Counted from the first letter of the stretch, positions 25,601 to 38,281 are shown. The stretch: DNA of 64,000 nt from Octopus sinensis (GCF_006345805.1 NC_043014.1:12276001-12340000), one strand, 5' to 3'. A program made the numbers and translations. The notes: generated by a model from the sequence alone, not told the origin.

Positions 25601-25629
25601 GTGAGTTTCTCCAGTCTTGATTTCACACT

Positions 25630-25800
25630 TTCGAAAATTTTTTGGGGTCCATAAGCTCTTGAAGGAAACAAATTTCGGGAAAGTAATGAGCGAAAATGAA
25701 GCATCAGCTTGGCTAGCCTTTGCAGAAGTAGGGCAAAATTTCCTTGGGAAACACAAAAGTGAAAACTATAAAGACCTTGTTACCAACTTGAAATCAAATT
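25630..25800 (+). pseudogene. CMC/Chapaev3-like transposase C-terminal fragment
   Basis: NFGKVMSENEASAWLAFAEVGQNFLGKHKSENYKDLVTNL. Confidence 0.6.
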
Positions 25801-25934
25801 TTCGTGACAAAATTCGCATTAAGTTACGCTTAGCGTACCGTTTTACTTCCACACCAGTGATTCTCAGCTGGGACCCATAGAAATTCTTTTGGGTCCAAAC
25901 AAGCAAAATAATAAATTGAAGATCCACAGTGGTA

Positions 25935-26512
25935 TTTTATGGACTCTGTGTTGAAATTCCGCCGGGGTCGACTTTATCTTTCAGCCTTTCTGGGTCGATA
26001 AAATAAGTACCAGTTCAATACTGGGGTCGATGTAATCGACTTACCCTCTCCACCGAGATTACTGGCCTTGTGTCAAAATTTGTAACCCTATTGTAATATT
26101 TTATTTTATATAAAGGCGGCGAGCTGGCAGAATCGTTAGCACACCGGGCGAAATGCTTAGTGGTATTTCGTCTGCCGTTACGTTCTGAGTTCAAATTCCG
26201 CTGAGGTCGACTTTGCCTTTCATCCTTTCGGGATCGATTAAATTAGTACCAGTTACGTACCGGGGTCGATATAATCGACTTAATCCGTTTGTCTGTCCTT
26301 GTTTGTCCTCTTTGTGTTTAGCCCTTTGTGGGTAGTAAAGAAATAGGTATTTGGTCTGTCTTCACATTCTGAGTTCAAATTCCACTGCGGTTGACTTTAC
26401 CTTTCAGTCTTTCGCAGTTGATAAAATAAGTAACAGTTGATCACTGGGGTCGATGTAATCGAGTAGCTCCTTGCACCTGAAATTGCTGGCCTCGTACCAA
26501 AATTTGAAACCA
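25935..26512 (+). mobile_element. Three tandem Meta-type SINE copies (full copy 26115-26345)
   Basis: Repeated gtcgactttgcctttcatcc core. Confidence 0.85.
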
Positions 26513-26898
26513 GTGTGGTGAGTAGCTTGCTAACCAACCAAATGGTTCCAGGTTCAGTCCCACTGCATGGCATCTTGGGCAAGTGTCTTCTGCTATAGCT
26601 CCGGGCCGGCCAATGCCTTGTGAGTGGATTTGGTAGACGGAAACTGAAAGAAGCCTGTCGTATATATGTATGTGTGTATATGTATTTGTGTGTCTGTGTT
26701 TGTCCCCCTAGCATTGCTTGACAACCGATGCTGGTGTGTTACATCCCCATCACTTAGCGGTTCGGCAAAAGAGACCGATAGAATAAGTACTGGGCTTACA
26801 AATTATAAGTCCCAGGGTCGATTTGCTCGACTAGAGGCGGTGCACCAGCATGGCCGCAGTCAAATAGCTGAAACAAGTAAAAGAGTAAAAGAGTAAAG
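26512..26898 (+). mobile_element. CORE-type SINE
   Basis: Head to tail match with the family. Confidence 0.88.
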
Positions 26899-27399
26899 AG
26901 TATATGGATATATGATGACAAAATAAGTCAAAAAGAATAAAATTTCATGTTTTGTCTAAATAAAAATAGGTAGGATAAAACTTTGCACCCCAATATCAAG
27001 TATTATTATCATCAATCCATGGACATTACTGTCTCAAGTTCAAAAATTCATAGGGTCAGTTACCCGATTTCCATTGCGTATAGGTGACCAAGGTCACCAT
27101 ATTCCTGTGAACGGGATGCCAGTTCGTCCCAGGGTTACTCATTTAAAGCTGAGTGAACAAAAGCAACATGAAATGACATGTTTTACTCAAGAACACAACG
27201 TATCACCTGGTCCAGGAATTTGAAACCTCGATCTTGCAATCGTGAGAGCAACACCCTTAACCCACTAAGTATGCGCCTTTCACCCATATATTATACGCAC
27301 CGCTAATTTTGAACTTGATATTAGCAGAAAAAGTGTATACAGTACTTACAGATTAATGGATTTATAACTTTCTGTTACCATTATCACTATTATCTTTAA

Positions 27400-27619
27400 C
27401 CCTTTAATATTCAGATTAATCTGTCAAATGTAAAGCCTGTTTAATTACATTATTTTAAATTAATTGTACAGCATCTTGTAACTCTGGGATATTGATGATG
27501 TCCCTGTTTATTTTTAGAATGACTTTGTAGGGTAGGTGTGAGAGGTCAGAGCTGGCTGGTTTGAGAATAAAACAGGAAGGCAATTTTGGCCTGATATGGC
27601 CGGTTTAAACACTAGAGGG
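27400..27619. mobile_element. piggyBac-type MITE (TTAA|CCC..GGG|TTAA); related copies near 2810-2980, 36060-36330, 47160-47830, 53930-54075, 60753-60962, 60990-61200
   Basis: ttaa|ccctttaatattcagat ... tagaggg|ttaa. Confidence 0.75.
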
Positions 27620-27780
27620 TTAAAGCTACCAATCACTGTATTGGTAACTTTTCGTTACCAATATCACTATTATCTTCTGTTACCAATATCACTATTATCT
27701 TTATCAATGTTACCAATATCACTATTTGTAGTAAATGGTATGTTCCAACAGTTAGCCTAATTCTCATATTTCTGTTCCAG

Positions 27781-28055
27781 CGAATTTATGCTGGTGTCCT
27801 TGTTCACAGACATCGATGAATTTGACCCAAGAGGAACTAGGGATGAAGTTACGCCAAATCTCTTCAGAGTTATCCATTCCACGTAAAATCACATCCAAGT
27901 ACATACGTTCAAAAATCAGTATAGAAGACAAAAGAGCTTCTTCTTTCTATATGGGCTCTGCCATAGTGCTTACCATCACCATTCCTTTTGGCTTGATCAT
28001 TCTCATGGATCTATTCCCATTGTTTAAATGGGCATATGGTTATCTAATTTCATAA
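27781..28055 (+). CDS. Last coding exon: CWCPC motif, helical juxtamembrane segment, single TM helix, stop
   Basis: ttctgttccag|; NLCWCPCSQTSMNLTQEELGMKLRQISSELSIPRKITSKYIRSKISIEDKRASSFYMGSAIVLTITIPFGLIILMD..*. Confidence 0.85.
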
Positions 28056-29408
28056 AAGAAACCCTAACAAAATACTCATTTTTTTATTTTCTGTCTTCAA
28101 ATTTTCATTGAAAATATAATTTCAATGATCTTTTCTTTTGTTATTATTTTACGGTGGTTGTTTCACACTATTTTATCACAGAATGCTATGTTGCTTAAGC
28201 TTCTCCTCGTACACAAATTTTCACAGATGTGCAAATTAATGTCACATGCTAACTGCTCCAGGTGTACAGCTGTGCTACATCTGCTGTTGTTGACGGAAAT
28301 TATTTTTCTTTTAACGAGGCCAATTTGAAAGACCAGCTCACACTCTTTCTCAATGCGACGATGGCTACTTTTGTTAGCCACTTGTGTGAGCAACTCAGAC
28401 TACGAAGTCGAATGTGTTGGAAGGAAGGAAAACAGTGTCAATAATTGCTGGTCTCCTGGTTGTATGCACAGGTCTCAACTGATTTGCCCCAAGCTTGCAC
28501 TGTGTGGTGCCTTATCGATTTGTCCCACAAAAGCACATTCTATGGTACCCTGTCTATTCCTCCCAAACATTCACTGTATTGTAGCTTAGCGAGTCAATTC
28601 AAGCATACATTATTTGGCACCTTACTGATTTGCTCCGAATACCCTCAATATGGTATTATACCAATTCACTTCAGACACTAAATTAATGTAGAAAACACTT
28701 TTATGGGATAAAAATTTGATTTTTTGAATTTTGAAATTTTCAATGTATTTTTCTGTTAAGTGGAATAAAAAAAATTTTACAATTGTATCAGACGTTTCAT
28801 CTTATTTTTATCACTTCTCATGTAGAAATTCCCCGTGTTACAGCATACCGCACTTTTGAAAATCTTGCCGTAACGCAGAATTTTGTAGTATGAGACCTAT
28901 TTTCCATTGATGTTATAAACTGAAATTCATCCCGAAAGTTTTTTTTGAAAACGTATAAATAAATAGATAAAAAAAAGAAACAAATCAACAATACAACCAT
29001 TTTTGTGCATGAAAATATGCATGAAGTCACTAAAAGATGGGCACTATCTTCTACACTACAGATTATCATCATAATTTGCTTGACGAGTGAATAAGTGATA
29101 CAAAATTGTTTGATATCAATAGGCGACAAATTTCAACTTTTTTTGGTTACAGATGCAATGTATTGGTTTATGTCTATCACTGTTTGAGTTGCATAATAGT
29201 GGTTTTATCTCCAATTCATATTATATATATATATGTTGTTTAGGAAATAGACATAATTCCTGTACAAAATCGGTCTCCTGATTCCAAATATAACCTTCTT
29301 TGTGACATCAAGTCTAGTTTTTAAGTTATTGAACACTACTATAGTCACTATGTATGTGTGTACGTTCATTACCTTGTTCTAATTCTAATTTTTAAAAAAA
29401 CTTCCATA

Positions 29409-29825
29409 TGTAACGTGAAAGGATCTATCATCGAAGCACTGGTAGGGTGTCGAGATCCTTTCTAGTCACATACAAAATTCTTGCAGAAAACAAAAAGACG
29501 AAACTCAGGTTAAAGGTGAACAGACAACTTGGTTTATTGATTCATGGTTGTACGTTGTCTGATGGGGGAATAGACAGCCTCTGAGATACTGCTGGTGTTG
29601 GTCGTTGAGGTTGGTTGAAGTTGGTTGAAGCTGGTGTGTGGCTGTCAGAGCCAGGAAAACCGTGACCGATCGCAGTGCTGTCTTGAGCCGAAGAGAGAGA
29701 TTTGAGGTTCGCGGGCTCGAGAGATGTTTTCCCGCACATGCGCATGGGGAAGACTTCCGGTGGCCACCCGGAAGTAGTCCCATTCTGCGCATGCGCGCCG
29801 AACCCTACACAGTAGCATCACTACA
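29409..29825 (-). mobile_element. Solo LTR (Gypsy-type)
   Basis: TG...CA, 4-bp TSD cata; homologous to 49638-50517 and 61694-62127. Confidence 0.85.
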
Positions 29826-29864
29826 CATACTTTTTAGATGTGGTGAACTGAGCAGTAGAAAAGG

Positions 29865-30110
29865 AGCAAGATATCCTTTTTGAGAAAGGTGTTGCGTTAA
29901 TTCTACAAATGTATTTTGTTGTTTGTGGAGAATACACATTACCTGAAATTTGAAAAAAGAAAACATCACTGATTTTGTTGAAAGAGCGTATATGGCATAT
30001 TTTGGGATCAAACTGGGGGAGCACCACATAGTGTCTGCAAACAATGTACAAAACATTTGCGACAATGGACTACAGGGACATCGAAAAGTATGAGGTTTGC
30101 TATACCAGTG
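29865..30110 (+). pseudogene. CMC/Chapaev3-like transposase N-terminal fragment
   Basis: RCCVNSTNVFC..CGEYTL, RKNITDFVERAYMAYFGIKLG. Confidence 0.65.
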
Positions 30111-30194
30111 GTATACACACACACACATGCACTCTCTCTCACTTTCTCCTCATTCCTCACCACCCCTACACATTCAATAATACTATAAAAAGAG

Positions 30195-33100
30195 ACAAAA
30201 GTTAAGGATCACATGTTTGAATGTTCGTGGCCTGGGCTCGAAGAGGAAGCAGGCTTTCCTTCTCGATGACCTCAGGTCACACAGAATAGTTGTGATGGTT
30301 GCTGCAGAGACCAGGTTGGGCAAGCTGCAGGCCTTCTCAACCCTCCTGAACGACTACAAGAAAATAATTTCTCCTAGCCAGGAGGGAGGGAGGGAGTAGA
30401 AGGGTGGCAGTCTTGATCTGGAAAAGCCTGGCTCTGCAGACATGTACAATCTTCGTGGACACGGAAGGCGAGTCGGTCGTTATGGATCTAACGTACAGTA
30501 GTAAGGCTTTCGGGTTGGTTGGCATCTACGCGCCTGGGAATGCAGGCAAACAGGTTGACTTCTTTCAACGCCTGGAGAACTTTCTGGTGACATCAAGGAC
30601 AGTAGTTGTGTTAGGCGACTTTAACGCTATACTGGATGCATGCTTGGATAGCATTGGCTCAAAAGATAGAAAGAGTAACTCATGCCTCATCAATCTGATG
30701 AAGCGATTCAGGCTGGCAGATCGATATAGACATGATCATCCGAGCATTCCATGTGGATTTGGGCAAGAAATGACGGATCGATCAGGTCTTATATAGACAG
30801 GATAGTGGTAAGTATTAGAGATAAGTCTAGTTTTACTTGTCCACAATTTACCTATGTACCCTATACGGATCACAAATTAGTGACATGAGGTGCATATAGA
30901 TAAGGTACATAGATAGGGATCTGGCTATTAGAAGCTAAACAAGACACTATTGGATTGTGAAGCATACCGTAGCCAGATTAAGGTATTAGTTAAGAGGGCA
31001 CTAACCGGTGCGGTGATTAACAACTGGTGGTGGAGTGCCCTCAAAAGAGCCTTTCGGATTGAGTCAATTAGATTTAGCAAGCAGTTAAGTCTCGAGCGGA
31101 CTAGAGTAGAAAGGGATCTAGTTAAGACATTAGAAGAGGCACTGAGATCGGGTCCTGTATCACAAGTGTTGCCAAGCACGAGGGATGCAGAGTCCGGGCT
31201 AGGATACGTGCAATGGGCTGTGAAGGTATCAATGTTGCCAGATGGGCTCACTCAGAAGAAACCCAATGTGGCATCAATGCTACGATTGGGTCTTTGGCAG
31301 ATGAGTCCGAACAGGAGATCCAAGGACAAGAGGAGATATGCAAGGCCTTTCACAAGCACTTTGCCACATTGTTCAGGAGGACCATGGAGATGCCTTACAG
31401 CGTTTTCTGGCTGGCGGCCCGCGTCTTTCGGCCCGTGATGCTGAGCACTGCGAAGGACCAATCACAGCCAAGGTGGTCAGAGAGGTACTGTCCAAGTGCC
31501 ACGGGGACAAGTCGCTGGATCTGGATGGTCTTCCTTACGAATTTTATAGTAGCATGCCAGACTTGTTCGAGAACGTACTGGCCAGTCTGTACACGAATTG
31601 GCAGCAGAATGGGAGGATCCCCAAATCTGTAAGCCGAGGAGTGGTGACACTGATCAAGAGGAGCAAGGGGGATAACGTCAATAATTTTAGGCCCATAACT
31701 CTGTTAAACATAGAGTTAAAGATTCTGGCCAAGGTGCTTGCGAAGAGAGTTAGGGTTGTTGTGGGCGACCTAGTGGGAGAAGCACAGACATGTGCCATCC
31801 CAGGAAGGACGATACAAGACAACTTCACCTCATTCGCTACGCCATAGAGCGGGTGGGTAAAATGCATGGCAACGGTGGGGCACTGGTGAATTTGGACCAG
31901 TCTAAGGCGTTCGATAGGGTTGACCACGAATATCTGGCGGCGGTCCTCCGGGCGGCCGGATTTGGCCCGACCTTCCGAGGCTGGATTAAAGCCATATATG
32001 GCAATATCGAATCTGTAGTCCGGGTGAATGGGTTCTTCTCGAGCTCCTTCGCGATCAAGTGTTCGGTTCACCAGGGCTGTCCCCTGTCTCCGCTACTGTA
32101 CGTATTGGCGCTTGAGCCACTGCTGCGGAAGCTGAGGGACACTGGGGTGGACCCACGTGATCTGAGTTATAGAAGAATGTGTCGGCGTATGCAGATGACA
32201 TCACCATCACTGTAACTGATGAAGGGCAGCTACCTCGTATAGAAGACGCCATTAAAGGATACGAGATGGCAGGAGCCAAAATTAACCAGGAAAAATCAGT
32301 TGGCTTGCAACTCGGCACCTGGTTGGGCAAGTCGATGCCTCCCAACAGCGTCGTTGGTCGCTGGACGGAGGGCCCAGTTAAAATGCTCAGGGTCTGGTTT
32401 GGACCAGACCTCCAGGTGGAGGGAACTGGAGTGAGGTGGCGAGCAAGGTGACATCCATAGCCCAGAAGTGGTCTGGGAGGAAGTTATCCTTGTTGGTAAG
32501 GGCGGAGTTTGCGCAGGTGTTCATGGCATCTGTGATAACCTACCGCCTAACTGTCGTGCCTTACCCCGGTTTGTGGATGACCAAGTCGGAGAGGATCCTT
32601 TTCCACTTTTTGTGGGGAAGTAGAACTCCACTTGTGAGGCGCTCCATCTGTTGCCAGAAACCGTTAAAGGGTGGGCTGGGGATGCCCTGGCTAATGATGC
32701 GCAAGTACGCACTGAGACTGAGACATCTCCGGTGCCACCTGGATGGTGAGCAGGTGTGGTCATCGCATGCCGAGCTGGTATTCCCAAAGGTAAAGTCACT
32801 TGTGAACTTAGGTGCATGGATCCCGCGGAGACCCAAGTTGGGGGAATGGCGGGAGGAGTGCAGACAAGCACTTTTCCTCTTCTCTCAAGTGAGCAATGCT
32901 GACAGCAGGGTTACCACAGCGGATTTTTACAGCGGGTTGGTAGAGCTTAAGTCCGATGACGACCTGGGAGAGACTCTAGGCTTTGATAAGGGCCAGCTAG
33001 CCAGCCTGTTCGGGAGGACTTTTGTGTCGAGATTTCTGGATAACTACCAGAAATCTTTGACCTGGCTGTGCTACTGATGGGCTTTACCGGTTCGAGAAAG

Positions 33101-33790
33101 GTTGTCAAGGCATGGTATTGAAACCTCTCCCATGTGTCCAAGTTGCAGGCGTGCCAGTGAAACGGTTATGCACGCCTTCATACACTGTGAGGAGTTGAGG
33201 GAGTTGATGGCCTTTGCCGAACAGCTGATATCAGATGCAGAAAGAGTACGGCTCTCGTCCGAGTCCATGATAAGATTGTACCACCTTCCTCTTTCACCAA
33301 AGAAAAGAAGGTAGCTTTTCTCTGCATAGTAACCATACTGAAAGATGTGGTATGGAAGACACGAGCGGAAGGAATCACGACAGGTCAATTCATCTCCGGA
33401 CATGGGCTGGTGAATTACTTCGTCACCCATCTTTCAAGCAAAATCTGTCTGGAGAGGAGGAGCCTGCCACAAAGAGTATTCGGTAAAAGATGGAAATTGT
33501 AAGGAAGCTGATATGCAAGGTGCTGTGCTTGCACGGTCAGCTCACGTGCAAGAATGGAAAGTAATCACTTAAAAGGAAACCAACCGGCGGGTTAGTCTAC
33601 TAACCCGGATAGAATAATGTAATACCCATCATGTATATTTAATTTAATCACTTGTTTTCATATCATTTTGTTCTCTTGTATAAACCCATCCATTTTTAAT
33701 TGTGTAATGGGTGGATTTGACTCTTATATGTTCCTTGTCTGTCCTTGTTTGTCCCCTCTATGTAAACCTTTATAGGAAAAATAAAGAAAT
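30195..33790 (+). pseudogene. Tx1/L1-clade LINE: complete but frameshifted ORF2 (APE, RT, CCHC) and 3' UTR
   Basis: ITCLNVRGL, ETR, LGDFNAIL, DH; DGLPYEFY, NFRPITLLN, DQSKAFDRVDH, QGCPLSPLLY, AYADD, CPSC..ETVMHAFIHC. Confidence 0.93.
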
Positions 33791-34180
33791 CCTTTCGGCT
33801 TTAGACCTTTTAAGGTCTAGTCACTGACCACAGAGCTACTCAGTCATGTTCCAGCTCCAGCGACAGACGACCAGCCATGCTCCACCTTCAGCCACTACAA
33901 CGCTAATGTATGCCCGCAATGTAGGACATTCTCAATCTCCGCCGCCGTCATCACCATCGTCGTACTTCATCTTCATGTCGTCTCCACCATCATCGACTTC
34001 AACAACATGTACACATCAACACCAACCAAGTTTAACTCGCGCTGTCAGTGTGAATCTTTCACCACAGAATACAGTTGCAGTATCTCTAAAGAACTTACTA
34101 TATCAAGACTCGGCACGGCATGATAGCCCCAACCTCTACAAGCGTAGTAACCGGCTCTGACACGTGAACCGCTACCATCT

Positions 34181-34531
34181 TGTTATAGAACTCTTACTAT
34201 TGTGTACCTCGTGAACTGGTAAACTAACTCTATCTTAACTCAATATGCTGAGACTTATCCTATGCTCTGTATTTCTGTTTATGTGCATTCACCTTTTGTC
34301 TGTGACTTCTGTCGCACACACGAACACACAGACACAAATACTTGTCGCATGCACTCACACACTCTCTCTCTCTCTCTGTACACATTGACGGTTTGTTGTC
34401 CTCCTTCCTTTACTCCTTTGGCACCGTATGTTATATTATCTCTTATTATGGCATCTCTTATTATGCTAGGGAACGACCGTGCGGTGTTCTAAAGGGGACA
34501 TTTATCGCCAACTCCTCTCGTGCGGTCGTCT
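34181..34531 (-). mobile_element. 5' LTR followed by a primer-binding-site-like sequence; internal remnant to about 33800
   Basis: TGtagggtttag...ttctataaCA then agaTGGtagcgg. Confidence 0.6.
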
Positions 34532-34689
34532 AAACCCTACACACACATAAGCACAGGTATGATCACAAACAGAATCTGAATCTCTCAAGAGTATATCATG
34601 TGGAAAATGTATTAAAAAATTATTCATAATTTTATTAGAAAATAAAATGAAATTATGTTTGAAATAGCATTACTGACAAGTAATGGTTT

Positions 34690-35020
34690 CTCCTTTGTAA
34701 TTCGTTTCCCTTACAAGGCCAGTTACCTGGTTTCTATGGGGTACAAATGACCAAGTTCATAGTGTAGACAACCGTAGTTGAATCCATATCCGAACGTTGG
34801 TCATCTGGAGTTATCTCCCCAGGTCACATCATTAACGAGGTGGCGCTCGTGAGATAGGGGATAAAAAGACGGGCAGAGCCAAAAACGGCTTCTTTTTTGC
34901 TGACCAAGCGGCCTGTTACTAACGGCATTGGCTCCCTCCCTGCTACTGGACTACACAGTGTCGATTTGAATTGAGTGGAATTTACTATACCAGTCATGGA
35001 AAGCGGCAAGACGAAAACCT
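34690..35020 (-). mobile_element. Unclassified retroposon 3' segment ending in a V-like-SINE-type tail
   Basis: ccccatagaaaccaggtaactggccttgtaag resembles SINE tails at 3545-3585 and 27050-27085. Confidence 0.4.
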
Positions 35021-35928
35021 TTTTTTATTCAACTTCATTCTGTTCTGTTAAATATACAACCTGTGTACGAAGGCTCTCCTCCCGGATTGGAATAATTATA
35101 CCAAGTACATGAACGCCTCAAAAACTCATACAAATTCTTGTTGTTTTTTACTGGATTAATTCCTACAGCTATTTGAAGGATGACCAGACATTATATTTAA
35201 ATTAGTGGGCTAAAAACCTGCTAAAGTGGTGACCCAGACGTCGGAAACTATTCGCCGGATAGTTTCTTTAAAAGAAGAAATCGGAAAAAAAATAATGCAT
35301 TTTAAATAGCTCGTTCTCCTTTTTTATTTTTTTTTTTGTCATCCACCTGTGTGAATGGTTTTCGTCTCCATTACTTGACCATGCGCTTCATGCATGCATC
35401 CTAATGCATTTTATTTACTTTGTTCTAAAAATATTATTTAATTTATGTAAAAAAATTATATACATTTTTTTTAAAAAAAACCTTTGTTTGTAAAAAATAA
35501 TTTATTAACAAAAATTATTCACTTTGCGTTTTAATCGCGCATGGGCGAATCTATCCATTTGCATACGCGCAAGTCATAGGATCAACTCCTTATGACTAGC
35601 TAGCGCGGATGCGCAACTGCACGTGTGCGTGCACCGGGACCACTGTTCACCAGTAGTACCTTAAATTAGTGGGCTAAAAACCCGCTGAATTAGTATACCC
35701 ACCGGATGGAACAGCAGTCCGTTAAAAGTCTTGAGGCCCGTAATTTTGAGGGGAAGTTGGTTACATCAACCCCTTTACTTTATTTAGTCCAAAGAGAGGA
35801 AAGGCAAAGCTGACCTCGGCAGGATTTGAAATCAGAATGTAATGAACTGGGAGAAATGTTACAACACATTTTGTCCAATGCTGCCAGCTCACCATCTTAT
35901 GAATTTCTTACAGGTGACCAAAATGGTT

Positions 35929-35999
35929 TTATTGGCTTTTACAATCATCTTTCATACTTCTAGATGGAGTCAAAGGCGGTTTTATGTTCACTGGTGATT
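35929..35999 (-). CDS. Probable terminal exon of the coiled-coil gene
   Basis: ttccctttcag|, phase 1, ESPVNIKPPLTPSRSMKDDCKSQ*, stop overlaps AATAAA. Confidence 0.55.
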
Positions 36000-36479
36000 C
36001 TGAAAGGGAAATTTAAATCACATTTTAATCTTTCTCAGTCTAAACCGTCAAACCATACAAGAACATTCATATACTAATTAGGACCTAATTTTAACATAAA
36101 TGACAATATTAAGGCATGAGTTGACTAACATCAACATAATATTAACATTTTGCATTTAGATTGGCCATAAGGGGCCTGTTTTATATTCTGCTTGTTGTGT
36201 ATTCAAACAATGTCATTCTAAAAATAACAATTACATCGTGAAATCTTTAAGTGATTAGATAATGCATGATTAATTCAAAACAATGTCAATGAATAAACAT
36301 TATGTTTGACAGAGTAATCTGAATGCTAAAGAGTTATGCGATATAAAATTACAGATATTTTATGCTAAACCAAAATCAAGGTTATAATGAAAATGCGCTG
36401 GACTACAGGTGAAATATATTCATACAGGTGTGACTAGATTATTAGATGCATCTCACGTTCAGCAATGCATCCTCCTCCT

Positions 36480-36747
36480 CCTCATCATCATCAACACCAT
36501 CATTTTTGTTTAACATCCGTTTTCCATGCTAGCATGGGTTGGACGGTTCAACCGGGGTCTGGGAAGCCAGGAGGCTGCACCAAGCTCCAGTCTGACATGG
36601 CAGTGTTTCTACAGCTGGATGCCCTTCCTAATGCCAACTACTCCGTGAGTGTAGTGGGTGCTTTTTATGTGCCACCCACCGGCACAGGGGCCAGGAGGCT
36701 GACAACGGCCACGATCGATTAGTACTTTTTACGTGTCACCGGCACAG
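36480..36747 (-). mobile_element. RTE 3' end
   Basis: (CAT)n tail plus ggatgcccttcctaatgccaac. Confidence 0.8.
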
Positions 36748-37069
36748 AATAATCAGGAAAATTATTTATTTTCTTTATTGCACACAGGGGGCTAAACATA
36801 GAGGGACAAACAAGGACAGACAAGGGGATTAAGTCGATTATATCGACCCCAGTGCGTCACTGGTACTTATTTAATCGACCCCGAAAGGATGAAAGGCAAA
36901 AATTCCGCCAAGGTCGACTTTGCCTTTCATCCTTTCGGGGTCAATTAAATAAGTACCAGTGACGCACTGGAGTCGATATAATCGACTTAATCCCCTTGTC
37001 TGTCCTTGTTTGTCCCCTCTATGTTTAGCCCCCTGTGGGCAATAAAGAAATAAATAATCAGGAAAATTA
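36748..37069. mobile_element. Tail-out inverted dimer of the Meta-type SINE inside one 17-bp TSD
   Basis: Arms 36765-36900 and 36919-37052; TSD aataatcaggaaaatta. Confidence 0.92.
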
Positions 37070-37501
37070 GTTCTTATAGCATTAAAGCTTATGGGGGGCC
37101 CAAATCTGATTATAAGAGCTGAGGTGAACTTTTGAGACTTTGAAGAGGCTAGGGATCACTTACAGTGGAGTGAGCAATAGAAGGCCCCAAGTGCCTCTGC
37201 TACAGATATAATACGGTGGTCACTAACAATGCACAAACTGCTGTTTTAATCCTTCATGCTCTCTAGCTTTCATGGTTAGCTTCTATGTAGGTTACTACAA
37301 CAAAGGAGATGTGTGGCTTAATGGCTAAGGTATTCACCTCACGATTGTCAGGTCATGAGTGTGATTCCTGGCAATGCATTGAGTCCTTGAGCAAGACTCT
37401 TTATTTCTTGTTGCTCCAGTTCACTCAACCGGTAAAAACGAGTTATTGTTGTACTTGTAATCCAAAGGGCCAGCCCTGTTGCATTCGGTATGTCACGCTG
37501 A

Positions 37502-37770
37502 ATCATCATCATCATCATCATCGTTTAACATCCATTTTCCATGCTAGCACGGGTTGGACGGTTCGTCCGGGGTCTGGGAAGCCAGGAGGCTTCACCAGGC
37601 TCCAGTCTGATCTGGCAGTGTTTCTACAGCTGGATGCCCTTCCTAACGCCAACCACTCCGTGAGTGTAGTGGGTGCTTTTTATGTGCCACCGGCACAGAT
37701 GCCAGGGGAGTCTGGCAGCGGCCACGATCGATTGGTGCTTTTAACGTGCCACCGGCACGGAAGCCAGTCT
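37502..37770 (-). mobile_element. RTE 3' end
   Basis: Family motifs as above. Confidence 0.8.
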
Positions 37771-38281
37771 CTTTGAGAATTACATTAAGATTACTCATGT
37801 CTGTGGAGTACTCAGCCACTTGCATGTTTATTTCACAAGCAGGCTGTTCTGTTGATAGGACCAACTAGAACGCTCTTCATTATAACCAATGGAGTGCCAA
37901 ACCACCACAGACAAAAGGAAATTAGCAGAGACATCAGAGACATTTGATAGAATGTCAAGTAGAATTTGTTCAGGCTCTTTGCAGACTTGGGATCAAATCT
38001 CGCCAAAGTTATCACCAGGAATGATAAATAAAGAAGCAGTGGAGTACAGGAGAACACATTCCTCTTTCTCTCTCTTTTTCCGAAATGGCTATGCTGTACT
38101 GTAAGAAGGTTCCTGCAGGACCACTTACACTCCTCCCATCATGAGTAATGGAGAAGAGTTGAGCAAGAGAAGTCAGAAACTATTTTGGTAAATAAAAATG
38201 GATATGCTACTGGAATTGTCCAAGGACTGACTAATGTGCAGTACAGGAAGGGAAGGAACTATAGGAGATAAAAAAGGGGAC

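Noticed and set aside
26115-26190. tRNA genes at SINE heads (also other copies)
   Set aside because: A/B boxes are present but there is no complete cloverleaf, and each is fused to a SINE body
33587-33606. 15-nt identity with 61332-61346
   Set aside because: A few matches of this length are expected by chance in 64 kb
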